Shown: positions 1-12,054 of the stretch, piece after piece
Layout: each line of letters opens with the position of its first letter
Numbering within the stretch: position 1 is the first letter of the stretch
From: Lingula anatina
Lineage: Eukaryota; Animalia; Brachiopoda
Reading direction: 5' to 3'
Assembly (NCBI GenBank): GCA_051362555.1
Contig: CM120649.1
Span: forward strand, 4,712,001-4,776,000
DNA length: 64,000 nt
Notes under the pieces: generated by a model
Databases searched by the model: none
What the model was told of the DNA's origin: nothing
Seen by the model: only the letters and a program-made list of their open reading frames with translations
Position numbers and translations under genes: made by a program

Positions 1-329
1 ACATATGAGAGTCAGCTAATGCGTTGCTTAAAATGCCTCTGTGACTTAAATGTGTCATTACAATTACCGAAAATTGAGACGACAAATGTGTCTCAAAATG
101 AACAGTGCGCCATGCTTGTAGCAACGGAAACCATGCCCTCCACATGTGGTCTGTTGTAATATACGACCCCACACACATCTATTAGATGTGTTTCATTCTT
201 ATTAAAGGATAATACCCAGACGGAAAACATCGATATCTATCGCACATCAATCAAGTCGATAATACTGCTTTCAATAAGCCACGGCTTTGTTACGTAATCC
301 AGACGTGATACACCGCTGTAGTGCATTAA

Positions 330-908
330 AGGCCCAGTCACAATGTCGGCGATCTGTCGGGGATTAGTTTTGGCCGGGGGTCGTCGTAGAAAATAAGAAT
401 CCTTGAACAATCCTTGCAATAATCCTAATAAAAGTGGAGCAGTCACATTGTCTGAGATTTTTTCAAGGATTTTGACCCGGTTTTGTCGAAAAATCGTGGG
501 ATTAGCCTCCGATCGCCTCCGATTGCATCGGAGGCGATCGGAGACGATATCTGCGAGCGTCTTTTCTTGTAATTTTTCCCCCCTGGGTATATGTGTATAT
601 ATCTTGCGACTAGTCTTAGATTATTCGGAGGACGCCTCCGATTAATCGGAGGGCATCGTAGGTCATCGGAGATTGTGTCTGGGATGCCCAAAATGGGTGA
701 AAAATCTTGCGAGCAATCTTAAAATTTTAAGTTCAAAGTTGGGGACCGCGACGGGTGTGGCGATGTCTAAAAAATCTGCGACAACCCGCAGGCGTCCGGA
801 GAGCGCCTCCGACGGGTGCAAAATCGTGAGATCTCTCTCAAGATTTTGTTCAAATTTCCCGGGTTTTACCCATCCCCGACGCATCGCAACTGATTTGTGA
901 CTGGGCCT
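330..908. mobile_element. PIF/Harbinger-type MITE (579 bp)
   Basis: TIR AGGCCCAGTCACA...TGTGACTGGGCCT; TAA target duplication at 327-329 and 909-911; empty site 'gtgcat-taa-gtcg' in copy B (~14692-14704) and copy C (~29837-29849). Confidence 0.9.
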
Positions 909-1718
909 TAAGTCGTTTTACTTTGCTACATAGTATTTGCTGGAATCGGATTATTTTCAGATGAATATGCCAGGAAAACGAGGAACCCACTGACTAAAAA
1001 CTCAAATAGCTGCTTTTATTTAAATAAAATTGGCAGCACAATTTTCTAAGAAACCCCTATTTCCAATGTTTCGATACCCCCTTCCCATATTTCATTCACT
1101 AGCTTATTGTTCAGTAGTGACGTGTGATAAGCGTTTTAATTCGCAATTCACCAGGGCAGTCGTACCCTCAATAAGATGAGTGCATCTGAACGCATCACCT
1201 CGGTATCTATTAAACAACAATCAATTTTGTAAAGCAGATAAATCACATGCTCTTCTGTTTACTTTTTGTGCTTAAAGACGTCCCCTAGTGTTTGATTATA
1301 CTTGATGCATGATTTAAAACAAGATTAAATGCCAGCGACACAGACTGCCATATCCAACAGACACAAGAAGGCACCGGGTGACATCAACAGTTTCAATATA
1401 CCGCTACAAGGGAGATGAGAGGGTTGTTCTTCATTGCCTTGCATCTGGCGTGGTTTATGCCGATTTATCAAAAATGTGAGATTTGAGGATCGAATATTTA
1501 ATTAAGATTCCTGATTTACATAAATGGTTGTGTTTCAAGCGAATTCAATGTAAAGTAAGAGAAGCGTTTTATGATGTAGGAGTTTTTTCTTTATGATATA
1601 CAAAGCCGCATTTAAGAGGGATTATTTTTTCCATTCGTTCGGGTCATCCAATTTACATATAAGTATGACATTCAAAGCTCAAATTCAGCAGAATGACCAC
1701 AAATTATTTTTATTTCAG

Positions 1719-3678
1719 ATGCACGGGGAGCATCGAGTAGCCCTCACACAACTGACGGTAACAAATCAATTTACTTTAATTATAAAAGTATATCCTCAAA
1801 CTATACCTGTGGATCAGTTCTGTCATATCATTATTAGACAAACCCAATTATGATTACAAAAAACAATGAGTACAAAGGAATGAACGACTAAAATTCGGCT
1901 AACCGTTTATGACTTTCACAATGTTGGGAGAAACTGATCGCCAAGTATAACAATAACAGAATACGATAAATTCTGGAAAAATATACTTTATTCCGAGTGG
2001 AACGGTAGTCCTAGGATTGGAAGTCCGGGTGTAACGTGACAGAGAGTCCCCCATGATAGAGAGTCCGATTCCCATTCATTGGTACATGGATGCCTCGCCC
2101 TAGATTTAGACCCACTTTGGTCAGGTTAACCCAAAACATTATAACTATATGGAGGGCGGACTTTCTATTATACGGACCCTCAGTTACATTACATGGGCCC
2201 CATATGTTTAATACATGTAAGGGTGCTTTCCCAGAGATTTAGATCGATCTAGAGATTAAGATTTAGATCGACCTAACTCCCTGGGGGTTCAAGCTAAATT
2301 GCAGTCAGCCGAGCGGGCACCATAGTTAATTACCCCCTTACAGCTTTTAGTAGGCGGGACAGACGCTTAAGCCGGCCAAGCTGACAGTAATATAGTGAGA
2401 CTCCCCACAGGGATAGATCGATCTAAAAATCTATGGAAATGTGGTGTAAGAGTTAGTCGGAGTGTTGGGGTTAGTAATGTAGGTGGGACGAATGTCACCT
2501 GTAGAAAGTAAAGAGGAACGTTGGCCTACAATTCCTAGCGGAGCACCATTCCTGTCACACAGGCCTTCCCTGCTTCATTTTTTTATTTCTAATATAAAGA
2601 AAATATTGTACTTTAATGAAAGAAATAAAACACATTGGTTACTCCGTGTAATGTTTTTTCAGCTTGTAAAAACAAGGACATAGCATTCCTGTTAGATGTT
2701 ACTGGCTCCCCAGATGATGCACCAAAGATCCAACGGTTCTTGGCGTATTTGGTCAACGATTCATTCGTAATTGGACCTAGTGACGTCAATATCGCTATTA
2801 TTTCTTTCATACCGGAAATAAATGGCCATGTGACACTGGACAAAGGTGACTTATATCCCTACGTATCGGCAGCAATCCTCACTGTGAACGTACACAATGG
2901 GACATCTTTCGAAAGCCAAACGTATAACGCGTTGGACTTGGCCAAGACCGTTTTTCTTAGTCCTGAGCATGTTCAAGGAGGAAGAATAAATGCAAGTAAA
3001 ATCGCTGTCGTCCTAACTACGGGGCTGAACGACAAATTCTGCACTACTGTACAAAAGGCGCTGGCTGCAAAACAACAGGGTATTGAAGTGTATGCGATAG
3101 GGGTCGGCGACAAGACAAGCCAACTTCTAGAACTGAAAGCGATTGTTAGCCCACCTGCGTATACCCATTCTTTCCATGTAGTATCGTTTGATGAGCTTGG
3201 CGAGCTGGCAGAGGACTTCTCTAAAGCACTTTGTTCAGGTAGGTCATTTACCGAACTTTTTTATGTTTGACATAAGCCCATTAGTGCAGTGTTGTTACTA
3301 TAAACATTTACCAATTCTTAAAAGCATTTTGATCGTGCTTATGCATGTATCACTGCACCCTATACATGAAGAACCATACATGTAGGTTCTCTTTGTGTAT
3401 TTGGACCAACTAGATTACAATGTACATATCCTGCCATTTTAGGAAAAAACAATCCCAGCGGGCAATTTATGTTGTTTTAACGTTGGGAAGACATCGAATA
3501 AACGTTGGATTTGAACATTGTGTCAACCTCAGATAACAACGTTGTATCCACGTCAGAAACAATGTTATATCAACCCCACCCAGCGGGAAATTAGCCTGGA
3601 TGTGTTTAGCAGTAGGACATGTTTGATGGCTAAATATATGTAGGGTATAAATGTATGGCCATTCAGTTAAATTTCCAA

Positions 3679-3739
<61 letters not shown>

Positions 3740-5118
3740 CAAAGTCACAGTCACCTCAACCTGTCTATCTATAACAGGTTACCAAGAACTGTTAACCCTA
3801 TCACATTTACAGCAACTTATTCATCCTAGTGTTAGCTGACCTTGCAAGGAATTCAGTTCATTGGAATGTATTTCTGAATAACATGTTAAGAAAATTCACT
3901 AATTCACTAAAGACAAAACAACTGTCACCTTTACTTTAAAACCCTTTTGTTATTATTTTGATAAATTTAGTTACAGTATTGATTAACAAAGTATCACGTT
4001 TTCAACAATTAATATTTTAAATTACAATCCATAACTGCAAGGTTGTGTCATTGACCAAAATGCAACGTTGAGTCAACTTCACATTATGACAGTGTTTCGA
4101 CGTGGCTGGATCAACGTTGATTTTACGTTGAATTTAGGTAGATCAACGGCAATTCAACGTATCAACCTGTTTTCAACGTTGATCCAACGCAACTATGCCT
4201 GCTGGGATGCTTCATATAGAAATAAGATTTAATTCAACATTTCCAACTGCAGTGTATTAGACCATTGTTTAGTTTACAATGCTTCTTTTGGAACAAAATG
4301 CTTCCAGTAATCTATTTTCGGTTATAAAAAATTAGATTTGAGTTTTTATTAAACGTTTGCTTTTAAATCTTGTATTTTCAATTTTTAATTCCATGATAAA
4401 TTACAATTTTTGCTGTATTTCAATACTTCAAAAGGTGCGGCTTTATTTCACTATTTAAATACAATGTAGGTCCCAACTTTTCACCATGCGCATGCTGATC
4501 TTTCCAGTTACAAACAACATGACGTCACCAGAAGACGACGGCTGGTACAGGCATTACCAGACAACTTGCCTGAATGTAACCAGCTTTCAGCAGACGACAA
4601 CCTCATTGCCGCAATCTGGTGTGACTGGTGAGAACGACACAGTCCCACCTACTGCAATTTTTCCCTCCGCTACCGGGACTTCACTAGATAATTTCACCTC
4701 ATCACCGATTTCTGTTGTGACTGGTGAGAACGACCCAATCTCACCTACAGCATCCTATCCATCTGCTACCGGGTCTCCACAAGGCACTGCAAAGTATATA
4801 GATAATTTTACCTCATCGCTGCAATCTGTTGTGACTGGTGAAAACGACACACTCTCACCTACTGCATCCTATCCTTCCGTTACCGGGCCTGTACCGGGCA
4901 CTGCAAACAATGCAGATCATATTAAATCGGCAACTGGTATTGATTCTAATAAACCAAGCCAAGACTTTGATGTTATAATGTGGGTTACTGTCTCAGTGAT
5001 TGCATTATTGTGGCTTGCTGCCATAATTGGTTTCTTGTGTTGTATGAAGAAAAAATCGAGACGGGTGCGAGCTGAAGATGTTCAAGTTGATAAGTCAGCA
5101 GAAAAAGAAAACGGGTAG
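1719..5118 (+). CDS. VWA-domain type I membrane protein, copy A (5' exons not found). Exons 1719-1757, 2663-3238 (VWA), 4508-5118 (3 Ser/Thr repeats, TM, short tail)
   Basis: GT-AG phase-1 junctions join in frame. DIAFLLDVTGS / KIAVVLTTG / GIEVYAIGVG are typical VWA strands. Hydrophobic VIMWVTVSVIALLWLAAIIGFLCC is followed by the KKKSRR stop-transfer signal. Confidence 0.85.
2028..2195 (+). mobile_element. Short dispersed non-autonomous element (GGTGTAACGTGACAGAGAGTCCCC... family)
   Basis: Same ~170 bp sequence at ~15828-15995 (+), inverted at ~13160-13331 and ~28329-28500, and a related copy at ~45132-45418. Confidence 0.65.
2221..2446. mobile_element. Harbinger-like MITE specific to copy A
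   Basis: TAA flanks at 2218-2220 and 2447-2449; imperfect TIRs with internal inverted AGATCGATCT; copy B reads through as 'atacatgtaagagttagtcgg' (~17527-17547). Confidence 0.75.
3454..4206. mobile_element. CMC/EnSpm-like non-autonomous element in VWA-gene intron (copy A)
   Basis: TIR CCCAGC(G/A)GGCA, 2-bp AT duplication, many subterminal CAACGTTG motifs, internal (TA)n; empty site 'aaaccc-at-gcttc' in copy C (~31872-31884). Confidence 0.8.
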
Positions 5119-7449
5119 TAGAATAGGCGTAACGTTTTGATTATATAGGACTGATTATCATGTAGGCCCAATTTTTACTACATCTTAACGGCCATCTATT
5201 AACAATATTGACTGATATGCACGTATATACGTGAGCTACTATATACCACACACGTTTTGCATTGATATCAACTATAGATAGAAAATTAAGTCCATTTTCT
5301 TTCACAACAGCGACGCAGTTAAGGTAAGGTGTAACGCAATGCAGAGGAGAACCAACCCCCTAATAATCTGGACCGACTCCACCATTCTCTTTAGGAAGAA
5401 AGGGACAATATTCCACAAAACAGAATATTTACCCTGGTTGATGCCTGTCACGCCGCAGATAATTGCAGTGCGTGGTAGGCACACTCGCTATTAGACATGT
5501 GACCTTCAACGAGCACATCCTACTGCTGATTGTGTGTAAATTTGATGACATTTGGTGGCGACTTTTAAATTTAATGAATATTCCCTTGCCTTTGTTGGAA
5601 TCACCGTGAAACATAGGAATTGAGGGGGTACACTGCTATGTACATGTTATAAAACTGAATAAATGACATAAAATACGGATATTATCACCACTATTTTGTA
5701 TTTTCTGAACCATTTATCATGCTTTATATTGTATCCTGAATAAAAAGCACTGTTTATGACAATTAACACCTGTGAGGTGATCATTTCTAGATAAAAGCAC
5801 ATGGAATTGGGTGGGATAGCCTTTGACCAATCCTGTATGATCATCCACATACTATTAGAAGTACTTCACTCGCGTTAAATGATAATACATAGACGGAAAA
5901 CATTGGTATTTGTCGCACATCAATCAAGCTAATAACAGCGTTCAATAAGCCGATTGACTTACTATCTTAAGAATTAAAAAATTGGTGATAATTTCGCATG
6001 TAAATATTGGATAATACTGCATATACTTGACAAAAAAAAAACTATTTTGTGTACTGTCAACATTAACGTTAAAAATGAATTACAGTGAAGCTTATTATCC
6101 CCAAACTCACTGGGGTGATTCCCAGTATGTTAATACAGTTAAGTGATGTAGAGCTTTATGAACGATTCAGAATGGATCTCAGCGTGATACTAGACAGGCT
6201 AATCAGCAACTTGTTGATTATATCTTTCCAATATACGTTAACATAAATGTGTACGTGATGTGGGAAATATGGGTTATTATCTGTTTGTTTCTTCCACAAA
6301 GTTTTTGGTTCTGTGTCCTTAAACACCGGACACAGAAGACACAGACTTGTTTTATGGGAATGTTTTTTTTTTTTTTTTTTTTTTTTGTCTCCGTGTCATC
6401 GTTAAAAATATTAACAGATCTTAATGGAAAATGAATTTTGTCTAATTCTGACTTTGCTTCGAGACAACAGCGATTTTAAGATAGACATGCGGTTTTTACA
6501 ACAGTATTCCAAAATGATAGAAGTCAAATTCTCAGATCTTTGTCACAAAGACACTCGCCTTTGATGTGGATCGTTTTGAAGATGTAATAAGCTGAATCAC
6601 TTGTTGATACTGTATCAAGGACACGCGTACACATAGAGGTGTTGTAGCTCACTTATACAGAACCTACACTACCGCCGCTACTTACATGTAGTCTTGCTAC
6701 AACGGTGCAGGAACTAAGGTGTGTGTAGTAGACTTCGACAGTAGACTGGTTTGAAGCTTTCATTATCGGTGAGTTTTAATTCTTACTCGAATATCTCAAA
6801 AAATAATAATATAAAAAAAATAATAATAGCGTTTAATTATGTATTTTGATACCCTAGTAGTTATCTTGTATTTTCAGAAGATAAGTAGGCTTGTTAAGGA
6901 CCAAATATTGACCAAACGCTGCATTTTGTAGTACAAATGTCTAACTTGGCATGAATGTTCCTTGGGCCAAAACATTTTTTTATCCAAAGAGACACGCTAT
7001 ATCGATGCATATATTAGCATGAATTATGCAAATTAGTTACCAAAATATACAATTTTTCCTATTCCCATCAAACTTTGGCCTAAAAACACGTATAGATCAC
7101 CAAACTTCAATACATTAGGGACATTTTTTGATATTATGGAAGCAATTGGTGGCCATTTTGTGCCATTTTGTCTCCAAAATGTACAGATAGATTTAACACT
7201 TTCACATTATAAATCAAAGCCTCTTCAATTAAAAACATAGACCAGACACATGTATTCGGAGGGAGACATCGAGAAAACTTATATTACAAAGGTGGGATGT
7301 CTACCAAATTATTCAAACTTTTTTGGGTGAGAACTTTATGAAGGCCACTTTCTTTGGCTTTTAGTTAAGTGCTTCTACAGGAGTACAAATTACCTATCTG
7401 CATGTATTGCAATTATGGCTCTCCCAAGCATTTTTGTCAGTCTACGGTA

Positions 7450-7452
<3 letters not shown>

Positions 7453-7531
<79 letters not shown>
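7453..7531. repeat. (TA)n microsatellite (also 3683-3737, 18776-18811, 22632-22702)
   Basis: Direct inspection. Confidence 0.95.
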
Positions 7532-7534
<3 letters not shown>

Positions 7535-8020
7535 CTTGTTTCCGTTAGTGCAAATCTTAATTGACATTGGATGTTGTATAAATTGTACATTATTGTACAT
7601 TATTACATGTAAGAGATAGATTTTCTGAATCAATTTTTTCCTCAAAATCAAATGCCATCTCCAGTAATTAACACCAAGTAAGGAGGCACAATAGTGAGAT
7701 GTTAATTTGTTTGAATTATTTGTCTTATTCGTGTCTTTAGAGTCCAAAATTCAGTGGAAACAATTTAAGGTATAATAAAGGTGTGTGGAAAAAGGTAAAT
7801 ATTTGTATGTGACATCCTTTCTGTCTTTTCGAAGTTGGCGTTTTATTCGGACAAGATACTATTTTTATGTTAAAGTTTTTGCAACGGTGTTTTGACTCTT
7901 TGTAGTATCAAATTGACACTGAATGAAAACAGCTCTGATTTCAGTAAAAGCAAAACAAAGAAATGTTAGAGACCCAATTTCATCTTTTCTTTTTGTTTAT
8001 TTTTATTTGTGAGCGTAGGA

Positions 8021-8430
8021 CAGGGTGACACAAAAAAAAAAAAAAAAAAAAAAACATAAAAATTAATTAAATCCTACGAGGATCCATCAAATTTCAAGAC
8101 ATTGCTGGACTTTAACTCCAACATGTGCATGATCATTCCCTAAAACGTCAGTTATCTTTGTAGTCCTGCATAAAAGTTGTTTTTTTAAATATGTTCCAAA
8201 TGGCCTCAGCGACACTGAGGGACACTTGCATACGTCGCACAAAATTGTCAAACACTCGAACACATTCCTCTTTGGGGATTTCCCTGAAGTTTGCTGTAAT
8301 AGTTGCCTTCAATTGTTTAAGGACTGTTATCGTACACTTTATACTTGACATATACCAACTGAAAAAATATGTTTGTTTGTGCCAAGGAGTAGGGGGCAAG
8401 TCTGATGGATACCATGCCCACTCAGCATCA
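8021..8430 (-). mobile_element. Tc1/mariner transposase C-terminal remnant (second copy ~23192-23602)
   Basis: Minus-strand frame ...LKQLKATITANFREIPKEECVRVFDNFVRRMQV resembles the C-terminus of mariner/DD37D-type transposases after the WPPxSPDL motif; CAGGGTG-type terminus at 8021. Confidence 0.7.
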
Positions 8431-8529
8431 CACTTCCTTCGTATCACCTTGTATAAAAATGTCCCCGATTCGAACTTGTACTCAGGTGAATGCTATTATA
8501 TTTTTAACGCGTATATATCTACTGTCCAT

Positions 8530-9349
8530 TTTTTGCGCAGAATCTCACTTCCCACGCAAGTCCTTCTTACGAAATTTCGAGTTTGCAGACAGCCTGTAAG
8601 CACGTACGGAGGATGTTGGACATGTCCAAAAGATTCTACGAATAACCTGCGAACAGCGAGGCCGCAAGCGTAACTTGCTCCCCTCGCACGGAGTTAGCAA
8701 GAGAGACGCGCGTTGTGCAAGACGCACGTCGCAAGCAATGAAGGAACAAGTGCCCTTTGGGTGTTGAGTAAGGCGCACGCCCTCACAACTAACGAACAAA
8801 GTCGAGAGCACACCGGGGATGCGTCGCACGTGCGTCACCCCCACGCCTAGTGTATAAAAAGCGCACGCTCGTGTCTTTACAATGAACGTCGACTGTGTAA
8901 CGTGTACAAAAACTTTCAAAATTTTCAAATTTTTGCTCAATTTAGTTTCTACTGTGCCTCCAAAAGGCAAGAGAAAAAAGCTTACATAGTAGAAAAAAGG
9001 GAGGAGGAAGAAGAAAGAAGAGGAGAACCGGGAGCAAAAGTGGCGTACGCCGTCAGTACGTCACCACAAACGTGTGAAGCAAGTGTGAAGCAAAACTGAC
9101 GCAAAAGGGACCACTTTCGCCGTGCGTTGCATTCCCTTCGTAAGTGGTGAGTGTGTGCCACTTACACAGGAAGCAAGACAAACTCTTGCAATTAGCGCCC
9201 CTGCTTGAAAGGACATCTCATGTGGCCCTTGCGACTCGCAAGGCAGACTTTCCTCTACCTCTACGACCTCCACGGCCTCCGCAACACCTAAAAATCGCAG
9301 GGGAAGTACGATCCTGAAATCTGTGCGACCGGTTGTGACCGTGGCTTTA
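8530..9349. mobile_element. GC-rich MITE-like/Harbinger-like remnant (second copy ~23702-24521)
   Basis: CpG-rich island in AT-rich DNA, ending GTGACCGTGGCTTTA, similar to the TIR class of the 330-908 element; left end not resolved. Confidence 0.5.
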
Positions 9350-10533
9350 TAGGAATGTCACCTGTTTTCTCCAGTACTTTAAAAGTGCATTAAAATCAAA
9401 TGCAGCTGTTTAAGGTAATTTGGATCACTATCAACTATCAACGGTGACCACGCGTCAATTTGGCACTAATGACTCGCTTCATCAAATACAGTATACAAAC
9501 TGCAGCTACAGCACCCTCCCTCTGGTCACAGCGCGAGCGTTACTGGCACAGGATGGACATGTATATTTGTCAAGTTTTTTTTTTTAACTCCTTATAATAT
9601 CTACAAAATGTTTAAGGGCAGGGGCGTATCCAGGATTATTTAAAGGGGGGGGGGTCCGCGGATGCGAAGCCGACCCCCCCCCCCCCCCCACACACACACA
9701 CACACACACACACATGATGTGGGGTTTGGGGCCCGGTGAAGGATTCTCTAAAATGTTTGGTATTTTAGAGGGCGAAAGGTGGTACAGTTTTGAGCTATGA
9801 TTCAGCTAGTCAGAATTCTAATTTCAAGCGGGACGAGAAATCGAAGGGGGGGGGGGGAAGAAGTTGCAAGAATAAATATCATTTTTTTATTATTTTATGA
9901 CTTTTTGTTTTGAGTCATCCATATTGTACGTATCGAAGTGATTTATACCCGGATGTCCTTGTAAAGGAGGCTGCAGAAAGGACTATAACCCCTGGTACAC
10001 TGCTCCTGATAGGGTAGGTTGAGCCCATGTGACCGTGTAACCTTGGTAATTAAGTTCTTAGCCAGGGAACCAGACTTAAAGTTGTCTTGTGAAACCCGGA
10101 CAGAATACCAAAGCGACTTTGCTGTGGGGTGTCGTCGGTAAAACATTAACAATAAACACATTTTATCCATTTCAGCATCAATCTGCCTCTAGACCAAAAA
10201 AAAACGCTATACTCAGATATGTGTGCAGTTTTAATCTTAATCTCAAATGTTACATGTTCTATTGACAGATTTCACAAAGCACTCCTCTTTAATATCGATC
10301 TTTTTGAAGATTTATGTCACCACCAATTGCTTGTTCTCACCTTTTTGTTGATTCAACATCAAAGACACACACACAGAGAGAAAGCTGTGAAAGCTCAGTT
10401 ATACGGGACATTCGAAGCCGCTTCTATTCAGTCTTCCTACATCACTCCAGCTGAATGCAGCAGACCGGTTTGGAGAGTTCGATAGTGTTGTGTGCTATAC
10501 TTCAATAACTTGGTGGTAATTCTGGAATTCCAG

Positions 10534-11603
10534 ATGATGGCAGCATCTGTTGTCACCTTATTCGTTGCTGTCTTCGTGATAGCCACTGTTATAGAGGAAG
10601 CTCAAGCTGTGTGTTGTAAAGCAGACAAGAACGGGTGGTGTGCGGACTGTACTCCGGTAAGACACAATTTATCCTTCATGTCAAGCACACAGTTGTTTAT
10701 GTCATTTCTGTGTAACGCATTTAGAGATGAAGTTAGTGTTTTCCTATTTAGTCATCAGTCAGTCATACTGCAAAACAGAATCAACTGTGTATTAATCCGT
10801 GAGAATTAGCTCGTTTACTTTTTGTTCTGCATTTTAATGTGTAAAAAGCGGGCGAGCGCTGGTTGTAAAACTGACCAAGTTGTTAAGCTTTTTGGTGCTT
10901 TTTTAGTCCAATTATTAATAAAAAGTCGATGAAGCCTTAAGTCATCTAACTCATCAATACCAGCAAATTTGAACAAATACCGTGCATGGATAATGTGACA
11001 TATAAATGAAAGGTTGATATTAGTCGCAGCTCAGTGTCACGCTCCATACATTTGCGCTTAATTTCTAAGTATTTGTTATTAAAGATAAACTAGTAATTTT
11101 TACAGTTATGAAACGCATTCGTTGGCGGTTAAATGAAGTTACCTGTATAAACATTCAAATTTTTTTATTAATTTTATAGTATTTTATTAAAGTTAGCCAT
11201 TATATCTGAATTGGTCCATTTAGTCTTTTTCCCCTCACTTAAGTATCCGTCAAGTAAAACATGAATGCAGGAAATGAGGTTTTTCATCTCCTTATTGTTT
11301 TAACAATATAATCGAATATCAAAAAAAGTGAAATAGATATTTTATCCCCCAATTTTTACCGAACTGACAAATCGATCGAAATCTGTTAAAAAAATAACAA
11401 AGGCTATGCACTTGAAAATACTTACATATGTTCAAAGTAATCAGGTTTACGTCTCAAATGCGATTATTCTGTTTCAGACCACTCCATATTGTGGGTATGG
11501 GAAGTGTAACATATTCGGCTGTGCTTGCAAAGGAGGCTGCAGAAAGAACTGCAACCCCGTGTACAGCGATTATTATCGTCCACCGCCGTATGTATACCTG
11601 TAA
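10534..11603 (+). CDS. Secreted 82-aa Diedel-like cysteine-rich peptide, copy A. Exons 10534-10656 and 11478-11603
   Basis: Phase-0 GTAAG...TTTCAG intron. Signal peptide MMAASVVTLFVAVFVIATVIEEAQA; mature VCCKADKNGWCADCTPTTPYCGYGKCNIFGCACKGGCRKNCNPVYSDYYRPPPYVYL (10 Cys). YCGxGxCNIFGCxCxGGC is the Diedel signature. Confidence 0.85.
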
Positions 11604-11641
11604 ATCTTGATAGGCCTTCCAATAGGATGTACATACATATA

Positions 11642-12054
11642 AACTAGAAAAGCACCCCGAGAGCGCAGACCTCCGCCAAGGCAGCAAAGTCTCCACCCAA
11701 TGCCGTTTCACTCCTAAATTTTTATTCTATAATGATTTAATATTTTTGATTTTTGATTATTGATTGATTATTGATCCGGATCAACACCAAAAACTAATCA
11801 TCTGTTCCTGGCCCACTTCTGACAGTTCCTGAAAATTTCATCCAAATCGGTCCATAACTTATTTTTTCATCTTTGATTATTGATTGATTATTGATCCGGA
11901 TCACCACCAAAAACTAATCACTTCTAAGTAAACCCATTTCTGACCTACCCTGAAAATTTCATCGAAATTCATCCATAACTTTTGGAGTTATGTTGATGAG
12001 AAACTACCAAACAAACAAACAGGGGTGAAAACATAACCTCCTTGGCAGAAGTAA
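11642..12054. mobile_element. Helentron/HINE-like non-autonomous element (second copy ~26811-27223)
   Basis: Subterminal inverted repeat CCTCCGCCAAGG ... CCTCCTTGGCAGAAGTAAT, internal ~120-bp tandem repeat, (CAAA)n microsatellite. Confidence 0.7.

Larger units (their letters stand above)
6525..10156 (+). pseudogene. Disrupted older Diedel-like paralog (copy A): promoter/5' exon relic 6525-6770 and exon-2 tail 9951-10022
   Basis: 6525-6770 resembles 10266-10515 upstream of the intact gene. 9951-10022 reads GCPCKGGCRKDYNPWYTAPDRVG*, versus GCACKGGCRKNCNPVY in the intact gene. AATAAA at 10151. Confidence 0.7.

Noticed and set aside
237-900. Several overlapping 69-82 aa ORFs
   Set aside because: They lie in or across a MITE with TIRs, TSD and an empty site; no protein motifs
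3467-3839. YIYIYI-rich ORFs (also 7390-7747, 22616-22918)
   Set aside because: Translation of (TA)n microsatellites
4600-4900. Regular repeats with variable intervening sequence as a possible CRISPR array
   Set aside because: They are in-frame 96-114 bp coding repeats with homologous 'spacers', in a eukaryotic exon; no cas genes
8191-9273. 160-aa and 141-aa ORFs conserved in both duplicates
   Set aside because: Conservation only reflects the recent duplication; they are antisense or out-of-frame readings of transposon remnants
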